Positions 1 through 9,207 of a DNA stretch of 64,000 nt are shown here, piece after piece; within the stretch, counting starts at the first letter, position 1, and each line of letters opens with the position of its first letter. The notes beneath the pieces were generated by a model, which did not search any database, had not been told where the DNA came from, and worked only from the letters and a program-made list of their open reading frames with translations. The stretch is from a virus, in the IMG/VR virus record IMGVR_UViG_3300008262_000016; one strand, given 5' to 3'. Position numbers and translations under genes: made by a program.

Positions 1-122
1 CATCCCCAATAAATGACGCTAAGAGTGAACGCAACGAAAATAATAACTGTGAATATCATCATACCTACACCTGCCCAGATGACCCAGTTAGGCATAGGTT
101 CGTTTTCGGTATTATGAGACAT
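1..122 (-). CDS. small membrane protein, runs to window edge
   Basis: Manual translation MSHNTENEPMPNWVIWAGVGMMIFTVIIFVAFTLSVIYWG; one hydrophobic helix. Confidence 0.6.
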   Translation of the reverse strand, partial: MSHNTENEPMPNWVIWAGVGMMIFTVIIFVAFTLSVIYWG

Positions 123-130
123 TAGTTTTA

Positions 131-709
131 TTACAAACAACTATTAGCATATTCTATGATTTCTTGTATTGGAAGTTCTTTTACAAAATGCTCTGACCCT
201 CCTATTATACCATCAATCTTTTTTTGATACTGCTTATAAGTATCCAAGATATATCTTTCACACTCAAATACTTTTTTGTGGGACGCTTTCCATTCGCCAA
301 GTTCTTTTACAGTTTCAGTAAAGCGATATTTTATTCCGTGAAAAGACCTACCTATTTTATAAGTTCCGTATATGGTTTCAATAAAATATAAGTAATCTTC
401 TCTATCAGACCATTCCTCCTTAAAACCGAAAAATCCATAACTTTTTGATATACCAACCGTTCCAGCATTCCAAGTTGGTTTCCCAAATGCTGGATTATTT
501 TTACCAAGTTTTGATTTTCTTTTGCAACAAAATGCTTCTCCACCTTTTTCATAGGTGAAAATAAAGTTTCTTATACTCATATTTCTCTGTCCTGTGCAAG
601 GGCATTTAACCACTACATCGGTTGAGCGACGCACAAGTCTTTCAGGAAGGTAGATAAGTTCTAAACCCCGTCTTTCACATTCAGATATTACTAATTCGTG
701 GAGGTCCAT
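131..709 (-). CDS. putative free-standing homing endonuclease (NUMOD3-like motif plus GIY-YIG/T5orf172-like domain)
   Basis: GKNNPAFGKPTWN resembles NUMOD3; YLYFIE...YKIGRS...R...E resembles the GIY-YIG superfamily; directly downstream of psbA with its own late promoter. Confidence 0.6.
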   Translation of the reverse strand: MDLHELVISECERRGLELIYLPERLVRRSTDVVVKCPCTGQRNMSIRNFIFTYEKGGEAFCCKRKSKLGKNNPAFGKPTWNAGTVGISKSYGFFGFKEEWSDREDYLYFIETIYGTYKIGRSFHGIKYRFTETVKELGEWKASHKKVFECERYILDTYKQYQKKIDGIIGGSEHFVKELPIQEIIEYANSCL

Positions 710-735
710 AAAGGTTGCTCATAACTTTCCAAAAC

Positions 736-777
736 TATTTATAAAAAAAGGACCCTTTTGGGGTCCCTTAATTATAT
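736..777 (-). promoter_or_regulatory. psbA terminator hairpin followed by T4-type late promoter TATAAATA
   Basis: Minus strand GGGACCCCAAAAGGGTCC-T7-ATAAATA. Confidence 0.7.
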
Positions 778-795
778 CATATATTTGGTTTTATA

Positions 796-867
796 TCAAC
801 CAATTGCAGGTGCGGTGAGTGCAACAGGAGTTGACTCGGCAGCAGCAAGATCAAGTGGGAAATTGTG
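796..867 (-). CDS. psbA: psbA 3' exon (D1 H337 to C-terminus)
   Basis: Reads [23 protein letters not shown]-stop, the canonical D1 C-terminus. Confidence 0.95.
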   Translation of the reverse strand, partial: HNFPLDLAAAESTPVALTAPAIG

Positions 868-1013
868 CAAATGTGTTATCGTAAAGACTCTTTATTCTTT
901 ACTTCTTACTGTCGCCAGTAAGTTCAGACTATCTCTTCATCCTTATGTTTATTAAGGAGTCGGGCATTCGTGGGTAGATTATTGTTGGGACTCACTACCT
1001 AGTCGTTAGACCT
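868..1013 (-). mobile_element. group I intron, 3' half only (P7-P9, terminal G)
   Basis: AACGACTAG / GAAGAGATAGTC (P7, J8/7); GGTAG..CTACC hairpin; TCCTTA..TAAGGA (P8); CTTACTG-GCGA-CAGTAAG (P9, GNRA loop); ends in G just before the H337 codon. Confidence 0.85.
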
Positions 1014-2003
1014 TACCTCCATGCCCAGTCCAGCACGGTTGAGAACATCAGCCCAAGTGTTAATAACTTTTCCTTGACTATCAACAATAGACTGGTTGAA
1101 ATTAAAGCCGTTGAGGTTGAAAGCCATCGTGGAAACACCAAGAGCGGTGAACCAGATGCCTACAACAGGCCAGGCAGCAAGGAAGAAGTGCAGCGAACGG
1201 GAGTTATTAAAGGAAGCATATTGAAAAATAAGGCGACCGAAATAACCGTGAGCGGCTACAATGTTGTAGGTCTCTTCTTCTTGTCCGAACTTGTATCCAT
1301 AGTTCTGTGACTCATTCTCTGTCGTCTCGCGGACAAGAGAAGAGGTGACAAGAGATCCATGCATAGCAGAGAAAAGAGAACCACCGAAGACCCCAGCAAC
1401 TCCCAGCATGTGGAAAGGATGCATAAGAATGTTGTGTTCTGCCTGGAAAACAAGCATGTAGTTGAAAGTGCCTGAAATCCCCAGAGGCATCGCATCAGAG
1501 AAGGATCCTTGACCGAAGGGATAGACCAGGAACACTGCGCTAGCAGCAGCAACGGGTGCAGAGTAGGCAACACAAATCCAAGGACGCATACCGAGTCGGT
1601 AAGAAAGTTCCCATTCGCGTCCCATGTAAGCATAGATGCCGATCAGAAAGTGGAAGACGACCAGTTGGAAAGGTCCTCCATTATATAGCCACTCATCTAG
1701 GGAAGAAGCTTCCCAGATGGGGTAAAAGTGCAGTCCAATAGCATTGGACGAAGGAATAACAGCACCAGAGATGATGTTGTTTCCGTACATGAGTGAACCA
1801 GCAACGGGTTCACGGATTCCATCAATGTCCACAGGGGGAGCACCGATGAAGGCGATGATGAAACAAGTCGTAGCAGCAAGCAGGCAAGGAATCATCAGGA
1901 CTCCGAACCAACCGACATAAAGACGATTATCGGTTGAGGTGACCCAGTTGCAGAATTGTTCCCAAGTATTCGATTGTCGTTGTTGTGCAATAGAAGCAGC
2001 CAT
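1014..2003 (-). CDS. psbA: photosystem II D1 protein, 5' exon (M1-V330); disrupted as written
   Basis: Unambiguous D1 sequence ([50 protein letters not shown]) ending at GLGMEV. Confidence 0.97.
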
Positions 2004-2013
2004 TTTTTTAAAA

Positions 2014-2115
2014 AGATAGTAAGACCATCAGGGAAATGGTGGAGATACTATGCTCCCCGCACCCTTAGCGGGGATATGAGAGACGGATTGGTAACCCTGC
2101 CTAGTCTCGGTCAAG
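2014..2115 (-). ncRNA. structured psbA leader, probably PhotoRC-II RNA motif
   Basis: GACCGAGAC..GTCTCTCATATCC..GGGTG..AGTA..ACCAT..CCCTGATGGTCTTACT immediately upstream of a cyanophage psbA; recognised from memory. Confidence 0.65.
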
Positions 2116-2170
2116 CGGCAGGAGTGTTACAACTTGTTTCGGAAAGTTACATTCCGTAACGTTGTTGATG

Positions 2171-2204
2171 TATTTATCATACTACGGTTTTGGAGTGGCG
2201 TCAA
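2171..2204 (-). promoter_or_regulatory. sigma70-like psbA promoter with overlapping late-type element
   Basis: TTGACG-17 nt-TATGAT, overlapping ATAAATA. Confidence 0.7.
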
Positions 2205-2365
2205 GCCCTATATTCCTCTATCTTGTCCAGGACCTTATTGAGATACTCGTGAGCAAGATACTTGGGATCATGGCAAGGTTTATTCATCCACTCATTATCC
2301 AAGTCTCTTTTGATTTTGAGGACCTCACATTTTATGGTCTCCTTTGTAAGTTGTCCTCTAGGCAT
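2201..2365 (-). CDS. small hypothetical protein (54 aa), absent from the ORF track
   Basis: Manual translation MPRGQLTKETIKCEVLKIK...LAHEYLNKVLDKIEEYRA. Confidence 0.7.
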   Translation of the reverse strand: MPRGQLTKETIKCEVLKIKRDLDNEWMNKPCHDPKYLAHEYLNKVLDKIEEYRA

Positions 2366-2423
2366 ATACAAAAAAACTCTGCTGCTTATTTAGCAACAGA
2401 GTTAAGTATTATTACTTATTCTA

Positions 2424-2951
2424 TCAAACTGGTGCGGTTTCCCTCACAGTTGTCTTTACATACTCAAGAACGTTTTCTGGTGTCGATACTTCGTATGGAT
2501 CGGTGTCTGCGTTGTCACGGAAACCGTCTTCAAGGAATAGTTTTTCGATGATTCCGTTATCCACAACCGCAGCATAACGCCAAGAACGCTGACCGAAACC
2601 AAGGTTAGACTTGTTGACCAGATAACCCATGCTTCTGGTGAAATAGGCATTTCCATCGGGGATAAGTTTTACTTTTTCAATATTTTGATCTTGTGCCCAG
2701 GCATTCATAACAAAGCCGTCATTAACAGCCAAGCAGTAAATAGCGTCGATGCCAAGAGCAGCAAATTCATCGTAGTTTTCCTCGAATCCTGGGAGTTGAT
2801 AAGCACTACAAGTAGGAGTGAATGCACCAGGCAGACTGAAAATAACGACTCGCTTGTTATCAAACAGTTCTGAAGTAGTGCGGGTTACAAACTCACCGTT
2901 CTCACGGAAAACAAATTGGACTTGTGGGACTTGAAAATCTTCTTTACGCAT
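2424..2951 (-). CDS. peroxiredoxin (Prx5 / type II)
   Basis: FSLPGAFTPTCS, VNDGFVMNAW, RSWRYA motifs. Confidence 0.93.
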   Translation of the reverse strand: MRKEDFQVPQVQFVFRENGEFVTRTTSELFDNKRVVIFSLPGAFTPTCSAYQLPGFEENYDEFAALGIDAIYCLAVNDGFVMNAWAQDQNIEKVKLIPDGNAYFTRSMGYLVNKSNLGFGQRSWRYAAVVDNGIIEKLFLEDGFRDNADTDPYEVSTPENVLEYVKTTVRETAPV

Positions 2952-2964
2952 CTTTACCTCCATC

Positions 2965-3072
2965 TCACCACACACCCGGAATCACTTGACCAGTCAGGGC
3001 ATAGGACCCCATTGCGGCAACGATTCCGATCATTGCGAACCAACCGTTAATGCGTTCTGCTCTTTCGTTCAT
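2965..3072 (-). CDS. hli: high-light inducible protein (35 aa), absent from the ORF track
   Basis: MNERAERINGWFAMIGIVAAMGSYALTGQVIPGVW; AExxNG-xAMxG and TGQxIPG motifs. Confidence 0.92.
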   Translation of the reverse strand: MNERAERINGWFAMIGIVAAMGSYALTGQVIPGVW

Positions 3073-3089
3073 TGTTTTACTCCTAAAAA

Positions 3090-3380
3090 TTAAAGGTTTT
3101 CTTCTTGCTCGGTAAGAATCACACAGTCGCTAGTAGGATAAGCGGTACAGGTGAGAATCCAACCGTCTGCTACTTGATCGTCATCCAGGAATGACTGCTC
3201 TTCATTATCTACGGTTCCTTCTACGAGTTTACCAGCACAGGCGGAACAAGCGCCAGCACGGCACGATGCAGGAAGGTCAATACCTGCCTCTTCTGCCGCT
3301 TCAAGAATATACTGATCGCTCGCACACTGAATGGTGGTTTCGGAGCCGTCGGGAGAGCGGAGAGTAACATTGTAAGTCAT
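3090..3380 (-). CDS. petF: plant-type 2Fe-2S ferredoxin
   Basis: [10 protein letters not shown]...LTC motif. Confidence 0.95.
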   Translation of the reverse strand: MTYNVTLRSPDGSETTIQCASDQYILEAAEEAGIDLPASCRAGACSACAGKLVEGTVDNEEQSFLDDDQVADGWILTCTAYPTSDCVILTEQEENL

Positions 3381-3392
3381 AGGTAGAAATAC

Positions 3393-3587
3393 TTAGAAAA
3401 TACCAAAGAACAGTTTACCAGTAGTTGCGTAAGAAATCAAGCCTGCTACGATACCCATCATTGCCCAGCGACCATTGGTGCGCTCCTTGACCATGTTAGG
3501 GGTAATCTGCCCGTAGTTTTCATAATACATTACAGGTTCTTTGGCAAACATGTTCTGCTGCCCATACTCATTAGTTGTTACAGTCAT
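3393..3587 (-). CDS. hli: high-light inducible protein
   Basis: QQNMFAKEP N-terminus and ERTNGRWAMMG motif. Confidence 0.9.
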   Translation of the reverse strand: MTVTTNEYGQQNMFAKEPVMYYENYGQITPNMVKERTNGRWAMMGIVAGLISYATTGKLFFGIF

Positions 3588-3685
3588 TGTAGTTTTGTGA
3601 AGAACTGTTACAACATTATATAGCAAAAATAAAGGGGACGCAATCCCCCTGTGTTACGGTTTCCCGATATATTGAGTATAAATGC

Positions 3686-4483
3686 TTACTTTCCTTCAAA
3701 TCCTGGAGGTAATGTTCCAAAATAAGGATCATAGTCAAATATAACATTCCAATCTGGAATATCAATAGCTTGAGTTTTCCAGAAGTTCCAAAGACCATCA
3801 TGACTACTTCTATGAAAAATATCTACATGAATGTCATGAATATCAGAACCAAGTTCTACCTTGTAAAGGAACAGGGGAATAGCAAAAGTATTTCCAGAAT
3901 TATAGATTAAGTCATCAGCTACTGCTCTGGGTTTAACACCTTGATCTAACTTATACTTGTCTTCACGACAATGCAAATCGATAAGTTTCTGGGCATGATG
4001 TCTTGTAATCATATAGCAGGCAGTAGAAAAGTCATTTACGAACCTCCGATGGAGTTTCATATGAACTTGTGCTGGGTTGATAATAGCGAGTTGAATAACA
4101 TCATAGTCATAAGGAACCTTAGAGTAAAAGTCCCTCCATTTAAATGGCCAATGCGATGCTGTAGAAATATCACAGTCATCTTCCATCACCAAAGCACATG
4201 GTGCATCTGATGTTTCTAGAAAATGCTTCATTGCCTTAAGATGAGATGTTACACATCCAACCTCACCAGAAGTCATGTTATCAGGATACCTACCCTTGAT
4301 AATATCACTCAGGTCATCTTCTCTACCATCATATGCTGAGATACGAGTGTAGTCTTCTATCTCCCAGTATTTGAACTGGTCTTCCATATACTTCCACCTA
4401 TCAGGTTTTCCATCAAGGTTGATACAATAAATGGGAGGAAGTCCTTTAAGTTTGAATGCTGCCTTATTCTTGTCCATCAACAC
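3686..4483 (-). CDS. glycosyltransferase family 25
   Basis: YCINL..R, GEVGCVTSH, LVMEDD motifs. Confidence 0.85.
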   Translation of the reverse strand: MLMDKNKAAFKLKGLPPIYCINLDGKPDRWKYMEDQFKYWEIEDYTRISAYDGREDDLSDIIKGRYPDNMTSGEVGCVTSHLKAMKHFLETSDAPCALVMEDDCDISTASHWPFKWRDFYSKVPYDYDVIQLAIINPAQVHMKLHRRFVNDFSTACYMITRHHAQKLIDLHCREDKYKLDQGVKPRAVADDLIYNSGNTFAIPLFLYKVELGSDIHDIHVDIFHRSSHDGLWNFWKTQAIDIPDWNVIFDYDPYFGTLPPGFEGK

Positions 4484-5427
4484 TATCGTCCAATAATTTC
4501 TCTTACAGCAGGAATATAGTATTTCCCAATAACTGAAGTCCAGTCAAATTCTTTGGAATATTCTATAATATCATTTCTATGAGAAATAGAGTATTCTCTA
4601 TTCTTTATTATAGCATCTTCAACATATTGAATGTCGTTTATCTTTGACTCAGGAATAACTGTAATGAACTCCTTGTTGATATCAAGGTTTGCTTTACCCC
4701 ACTCACAGACAACCACACCAAGTCCAGCAGCAAGTGCTTCCATACAAACTAGAGGATGTGCCTCACCATCAGACAGAAGAACCAGGTTTCCATACTCAGT
4801 TAGTTCATTAAATAATTTACTCTTTGTCCACTCACCTAAGTAATTTTTACCTGTATCAAATCGTGGATCTGCATTGTTACCAGCAAACCACAAACTGCTG
4901 ATAGACTGAAACAAATGCTGCCTCTTACGATAATCAATCTTTGCTAGGTAGATGCTACGGTCAGGATACTTTGGTTCTTGCACTACTCTAAACTTAGAGG
5001 TATCGACACCGTTAGGGGTCACAAACAACCTTTCACTAGGAATACCAGACATAACCTTATAAACGTTCTTAATGCCCTCAGAGAGGCAGAAAACGTTTGG
5101 TTTAATCTGAGTAAAGGCATTCAGGATATTGATGTATCCATTGAACATCTCTGGGCGTTCAAGATATCCAAAATGACTAGTAATAGCATTTGGATATTGA
5201 ATATAAGGAACGATGGGAATGAACTCATCGTAATGAACATGAACAAAATCAGGTCTAAAGGTGTTTATCTCATCAATGATCTGCCTACCGTCTTTGGTAT
5301 TCACAATATGAACTTCATGTCCAAGTTGCTCTAATGCGTTCTTAGTATCCCATATCAGGATCTCAACAGCACCCCACCCTGTTGGTGGGATAGGCATAAT
5401 ACCAGGTCCTATTAATACAATTCTCAT
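4483..5427 (-). CDS. GT-B glycosyltransferase (GT4-like)
   Basis: IPPTGWGAVE, VTPNGVD, EAHPLVCMEALAAG. Confidence 0.85.
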   Translation of the reverse strand: MRIVLIGPGIMPIPPTGWGAVEILIWDTKNALEQLGHEVHIVNTKDGRQIIDEINTFRPDFVHVHYDEFIPIVPYIQYPNAITSHFGYLERPEMFNGYINILNAFTQIKPNVFCLSEGIKNVYKVMSGIPSERLFVTPNGVDTSKFRVVQEPKYPDRSIYLAKIDYRKRQHLFQSISSLWFAGNNADPRFDTGKNYLGEWTKSKLFNELTEYGNLVLLSDGEAHPLVCMEALAAGLGVVVCEWGKANLDINKEFITVIPESKINDIQYVEDAIIKNREYSISHRNDIIEYSKEFDWTSVIGKYYIPAVREIIGR

Positions 5428-6230
5428 TGCTTACCAAGTTCAGTGAACAGTTCCATATGCTTACCATTATACCTCTCAAACACAGAAAAGTCATCAGGAT
5501 ATTTCTTAACCAAATATCCAAAGGCAATTTGTTCGTTATTTACATAACCATTACCTATCATTTCATCAACAAAGATCTCATCCATATACTTAGAAACTTT
5601 CTTGATAGATTCTGGACCACCACCAAACATGGAACCCAGAACGTAAGAGCGATTATCTAACAGATATTCTTTTGGAAGTTCATCGGCACCAGCGAGATCT
5701 TTATAATACTCCATATTCATCTGAATAAGGAAACTATCACCCATCTCATTCAGAGACTCAATAGCACTAGCACTTGGATAGTCATTGGATAGATCATATC
5801 CATCAAAGAAGCGAGAACCACCAGCATCTAACCAGAAGAAATGCTTACTACCATGTGGGTTTTCTTCAATTGCCTGCTCTAACCACTTGAACTTAGAATA
5901 CTGAACAATAGAGTAAAGTGAATGCTTACATTCAATTCTATCTGGATCAGAAATCTTATTAATATATTCCTCAGACTCGATAATAGTATCAATCTTATCT
6001 TTCAGATAATAATAAGGAATCTCTTCTACAGTTTGAACGTTAATAGAAGTTGGTACAGAAAGCCGCCGCTCTTCAATAAACTCTCGAACATCTTCAGTCA
6101 CAAAAAGAACCATAGGGCACTTGAGTTTGAGCATAATATCAAACCACTCTAAGTACTCTTCCCAATTTCTACCATCCATACCCTCACGCGCAATATTGAA
6201 AAGGGCAGATACAATAGTTACGTCTTTCAT
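5424..6230 (-). CDS. HtrL/WlaTC-like glycosyltransferase
   Basis: TIVSALFNI.R, SKF.W..A...NP.GS.HFFWLDAG, NNEQ. Confidence 0.7.
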   Translation of the reverse strand: MKDVTIVSALFNIAREGMDGRNWEEYLEWFDIMLKLKCPMVLFVTEDVREFIEERRLSVPTSINVQTVEEIPYYYLKDKIDTIIESEEYINKISDPDRIECKHSLYSIVQYSKFKWLEQAIEENPHGSKHFFWLDAGGSRFFDGYDLSNDYPSASAIESLNEMGDSFLIQMNMEYYKDLAGADELPKEYLLDNRSYVLGSMFGGGPESIKKVSKYMDEIFVDEMIGNGYVNNEQIAFGYLVKKYPDDFSVFERYNGKHMELFTELGKQ

Positions 6231-7189
6231 AGCAAACTCATAATAGATTTAATTCTGTTAACGTATGTATGGTTTTCTTGAACATACATCATAGCATTTT
6301 TAATGTACTCATAATCCGTTCTTTTTTCCATAGAATCATAGAACAGTTGTGCAGTATCTTCTTGAAGAATACAATTACCATCAAGTTCTGCATAAACTTC
6401 TGGAGAATTTGTAGTCCCAAGATGACCCCAACTAATAGACTTGAATACCCTACAAGGAACATATCCATTACGAAGATGTTCTGGTCCACGAATATCAACA
6501 CCGATAATTGACTTCTTGGTTCTCGATATAACCTCATCCTCACTTAGAGGATTTGAAAATGGGTCGTTATGAATAAAATCTATTCCATTCTTCTCACATT
6601 CCAAGATAAAAGGTTTGAATGTACTGAAGTTTTCACATCTACCATGAGCAGAAATATTTCCACTGAAATAGATTTTATTTTCTCTAGGGTGGATAATATC
6701 CTCAAAGTTAAATTCGTGTGGAAGAATATTAGTTGCCCAAGTCACATAAAACTTATCATAGTCTTCAATCCAGTACTGATGATAGTTGTTTAAAACTTGA
6801 ACTCGATGATTTTTCTTTGGTTGAAGATAGCAACAAGGTCCAACTTTTTCAACTTTAGTTTTATCTAAAGTATAATCATAGTTGTGATCTTTGTGCCACA
6901 AATGATTATAGCGAACGTCAATAAACTTCTTCACTCCAGCATTGATATACTTTGATGGATCTGGACAGACATGAACAAAGTAGGTACTGGTTTTGTTTAG
7001 CGGAATATTTTTATCAGCAAATCCTTCCGTCCAAAATACACAGTCATCCCAATTAAAGTTATCGGGATATTCACCATCATGGAACCAATATGTTTCATAT
7101 CCCATATAAGTAAATGCTTTATAAAAAGCAGCATGGATATATGAATGTGTATGAGAATGGAGCGGATATCCCCAAATAATAATTTTCAT
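6227..7189 (-). CDS. putative glycosyltransferase (CgeB-like C-terminus)
   Basis: PCRVFK and HTYVNRI motifs; cluster context. Confidence 0.6.
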   Translation of the reverse strand: MKIIIWGYPLHSHTHSYIHAAFYKAFTYMGYETYWFHDGEYPDNFNWDDCVFWTEGFADKNIPLNKTSTYFVHVCPDPSKYINAGVKKFIDVRYNHLWHKDHNYDYTLDKTKVEKVGPCCYLQPKKNHRVQVLNNYHQYWIEDYDKFYVTWATNILPHEFNFEDIIHPRENKIYFSGNISAHGRCENFSTFKPFILECEKNGIDFIHNDPFSNPLSEDEVISRTKKSIIGVDIRGPEHLRNGYVPCRVFKSISWGHLGTTNSPEVYAELDGNCILQEDTAQLFYDSMEKRTDYEYIKNAMMYVQENHTYVNRIKSIMSLL

Positions 7190-7201
7190 TCTTGTTTAAT
7201 T

Positions 7202-7951
7202 TTAAAATCTAGGTACTGATAAAGCAATAGGGTGTCTCTCAATATTCACCATCATTTGATCTAAGAGTTGAACATGAAGTGTTTCATTATCCCATGCGCC
7301 ATCACGATGATGCTTAGTCAAATCAAAAACTCTTTGGAAGACGGGAAAAACTCCCATACACACATCCATTATATCAGATCCACCGAAACAAATCCAGTCA
7401 TTAATATGTGGTGGTTGCTGCATTAAGGATGTGCAGTTGAGAGAACTTTGGTTATAGGTAGACAAATTTATTTTTGTATGGACATTTACATCTGTTCTTA
7501 TTTTAAATACCCAATCATACTTAAATCTATTTTTATATTCATGCTTTAGTTTGAGTCTATTAACTTCACTCATACTATAAAAGTTAGACAAAGTATTTTT
7601 AATTTGCCTTTCCTTATAGTTTGGTTCATTTAATGATCCTTTCCAATATCTGTTTTGAGATATTTCAAAGTCTTCTTCCATATATGGATCATAAAAATCA
7701 CAACTCTCTTCAACTATCATTTTAACAGGGTTGTATATTCTTTTAAAATCATCAATCGCGGTTTCAGAAATTCTCTGGTCTTTCCATCCACCAGATCCAC
7801 CATACTTATATGGTTTTGTTAAAAGATTTTCATCAAACCACAGATGCCCAAAAACATCAACAGAATAATTCCCAAATACATTTTCCAGGATACTAGGAGA
7901 ACACTCATTTACAAAACGAGGTTGCCCAGAAAAGCAAACCGCAACTTTCAT
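7202..7951 (-). CDS. putative glycosyltransferase of unassigned family
   Basis: AVCFSGQPR...H.W...YD.V.KIRTD...ND motifs typical of polysaccharide-locus proteins. Confidence 0.55.
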   Translation of the reverse strand: MKVAVCFSGQPRFVNECSPSILENVFGNYSVDVFGHLWFDENLLTKPYKYGGSGGWKDQRISETAIDDFKRIYNPVKMIVEESCDFYDPYMEEDFEISQNRYWKGSLNEPNYKERQIKNTLSNFYSMSEVNRLKLKHEYKNRFKYDWVFKIRTDVNVHTKINLSTYNQSSLNCTSLMQQPPHINDWICFGGSDIMDVCMGVFPVFQRVFDLTKHHRDGAWDNETLHVQLLDQMMVNIERHPIALSVPRF

Positions 7952-8754
7952 CGTATAAACTTTGGATAAGTTTCTCTATCTATACTATCTCTCGTAATGA
8001 GATAACTGGTTGATAATTTATTGATATAAAAATTATTGACTTCAAAGTGCTTACCCAATACTATCTCTTGAATGAAGTCAACTCCATAGATAAAGTAATA
8101 GGTGGATAAGAATAAGAAGCATTCTCCATACAAATCAAGGAGTTTTGATGATGAACAAGCAAAGTGATCATTAACAGTTAAATTAGTTCCTTTATGATAT
8201 GGTGCATCGAATATATTCATATAGGACATATTCAATGAGTTCAAATCTATTTGTTCGTTCAGATAAACATCAGGTCGTATTCGAATAACACAGTCATATT
8301 CAAATCCGTTGTTCTGTTCATATATCTTCTTCAGGTCAATCGCTTTATAAAAGGAGTAGAACTGAGATAAAAAGTTATAAGGAAAACTACTATAATATCC
8401 AAACTTTACAACTTCAAGATCTTTGTTAAAGTCAAAATTATTTTCCTTAGATGGTTTCTCAAAAAATTTTTTATCTTCTCCAGAAGACTTAAGATCATTT
8501 AGATACTGCTCTGGAGTTGTGTTGCAGTTTATAAATCCATAAGGATTTTTTTCAAATGCTTTCTGCTCTTCAACCAAGATTAACTTGGGACATATTGTGC
8601 TTTTTGAATAAAAGATTTCTTCAGAATATTCTGGAACGTTCCATGTATGAATGAAAAAGTCAACGTCATGACCCTTTAGCATTTGCTGTGATATGTTTGG
8701 GAATGTTTTTTGTATATTCCTCAGAAACCCACTATAACAAACTGCTACTCTCAT
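7948..8754 (-). CDS. paralogue of the neighbouring putative glycosyltransferase
   Basis: AVCYSGFLR...HTW...YD.VIRIRPD...NDHF. Confidence 0.55.
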   Translation of the reverse strand: MRVAVCYSGFLRNIQKTFPNISQQMLKGHDVDFFIHTWNVPEYSEEIFYSKSTICPKLILVEEQKAFEKNPYGFINCNTTPEQYLNDLKSSGEDKKFFEKPSKENNFDFNKDLEVVKFGYYSSFPYNFLSQFYSFYKAIDLKKIYEQNNGFEYDCVIRIRPDVYLNEQIDLNSLNMSYMNIFDAPYHKGTNLTVNDHFACSSSKLLDLYGECFLFLSTYYFIYGVDFIQEIVLGKHFEVNNFYINKLSTSYLITRDSIDRETYPKFIR

Positions 8755-9207
8755 TTACCCCATTCTCCCAACATAGTCACTGCATATTCCATAACAGTCA
8801 TACTCACTAGCAGAAAATTTGAACGTTTCTGTATTTTCTGGTAAAACTACAATAGAGTTAGAACTGTGTGGTTGTCCAGGATAACTCCAGATATACCCCT
8901 TACTGGTAAGAGTATGATCATCTGTATCATGCCAGAAATAGTTGAAATCAGTATCACACTTTGAAAGAAATTCAAGAGAAGCAAAGTCTTTGCAATGTAT
9001 CCAAAGATTATTTTTTCTTTCTACCAACCATTCCATGAAGACATGGTACTGAGATTCGTCATGTCCAAGATAAAAATCATTAGATTCACATCTAAGATCA
9101 ATCTCAACATCGTAACCAAGATTTATAGCAGTATCAATATAATCTAGACTATTTTCTACTGAAGGATCTGGTCCATTCACATTTCCTCTATGTGCTATCA
9201 GTCTCAT
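8755..9207 (-). CDS. short glycerophosphodiester phosphodiesterase-like protein
   Basis: IAHRGN, EN, VEID, GICSD motifs. Confidence 0.75.
   Translation of the reverse strand: MRLIAHRGNVNGPDPSVENSLDYIDTAINLGYDVEIDLRCESNDFYLGHDESQYHVFMEWLVERKNNLWIHCKDFASLEFLSKCDTDFNYFWHDTDDHTLTSKGYIWSYPGQPHSSNSIVVLPENTETFKFSASEYDCYGICSDYVGRMG

Noticed and set aside
999-1013. RSND as a natural D1 C-terminus
   Set aside because: It is intron sequence; the true C-terminal exon is at 796-867.
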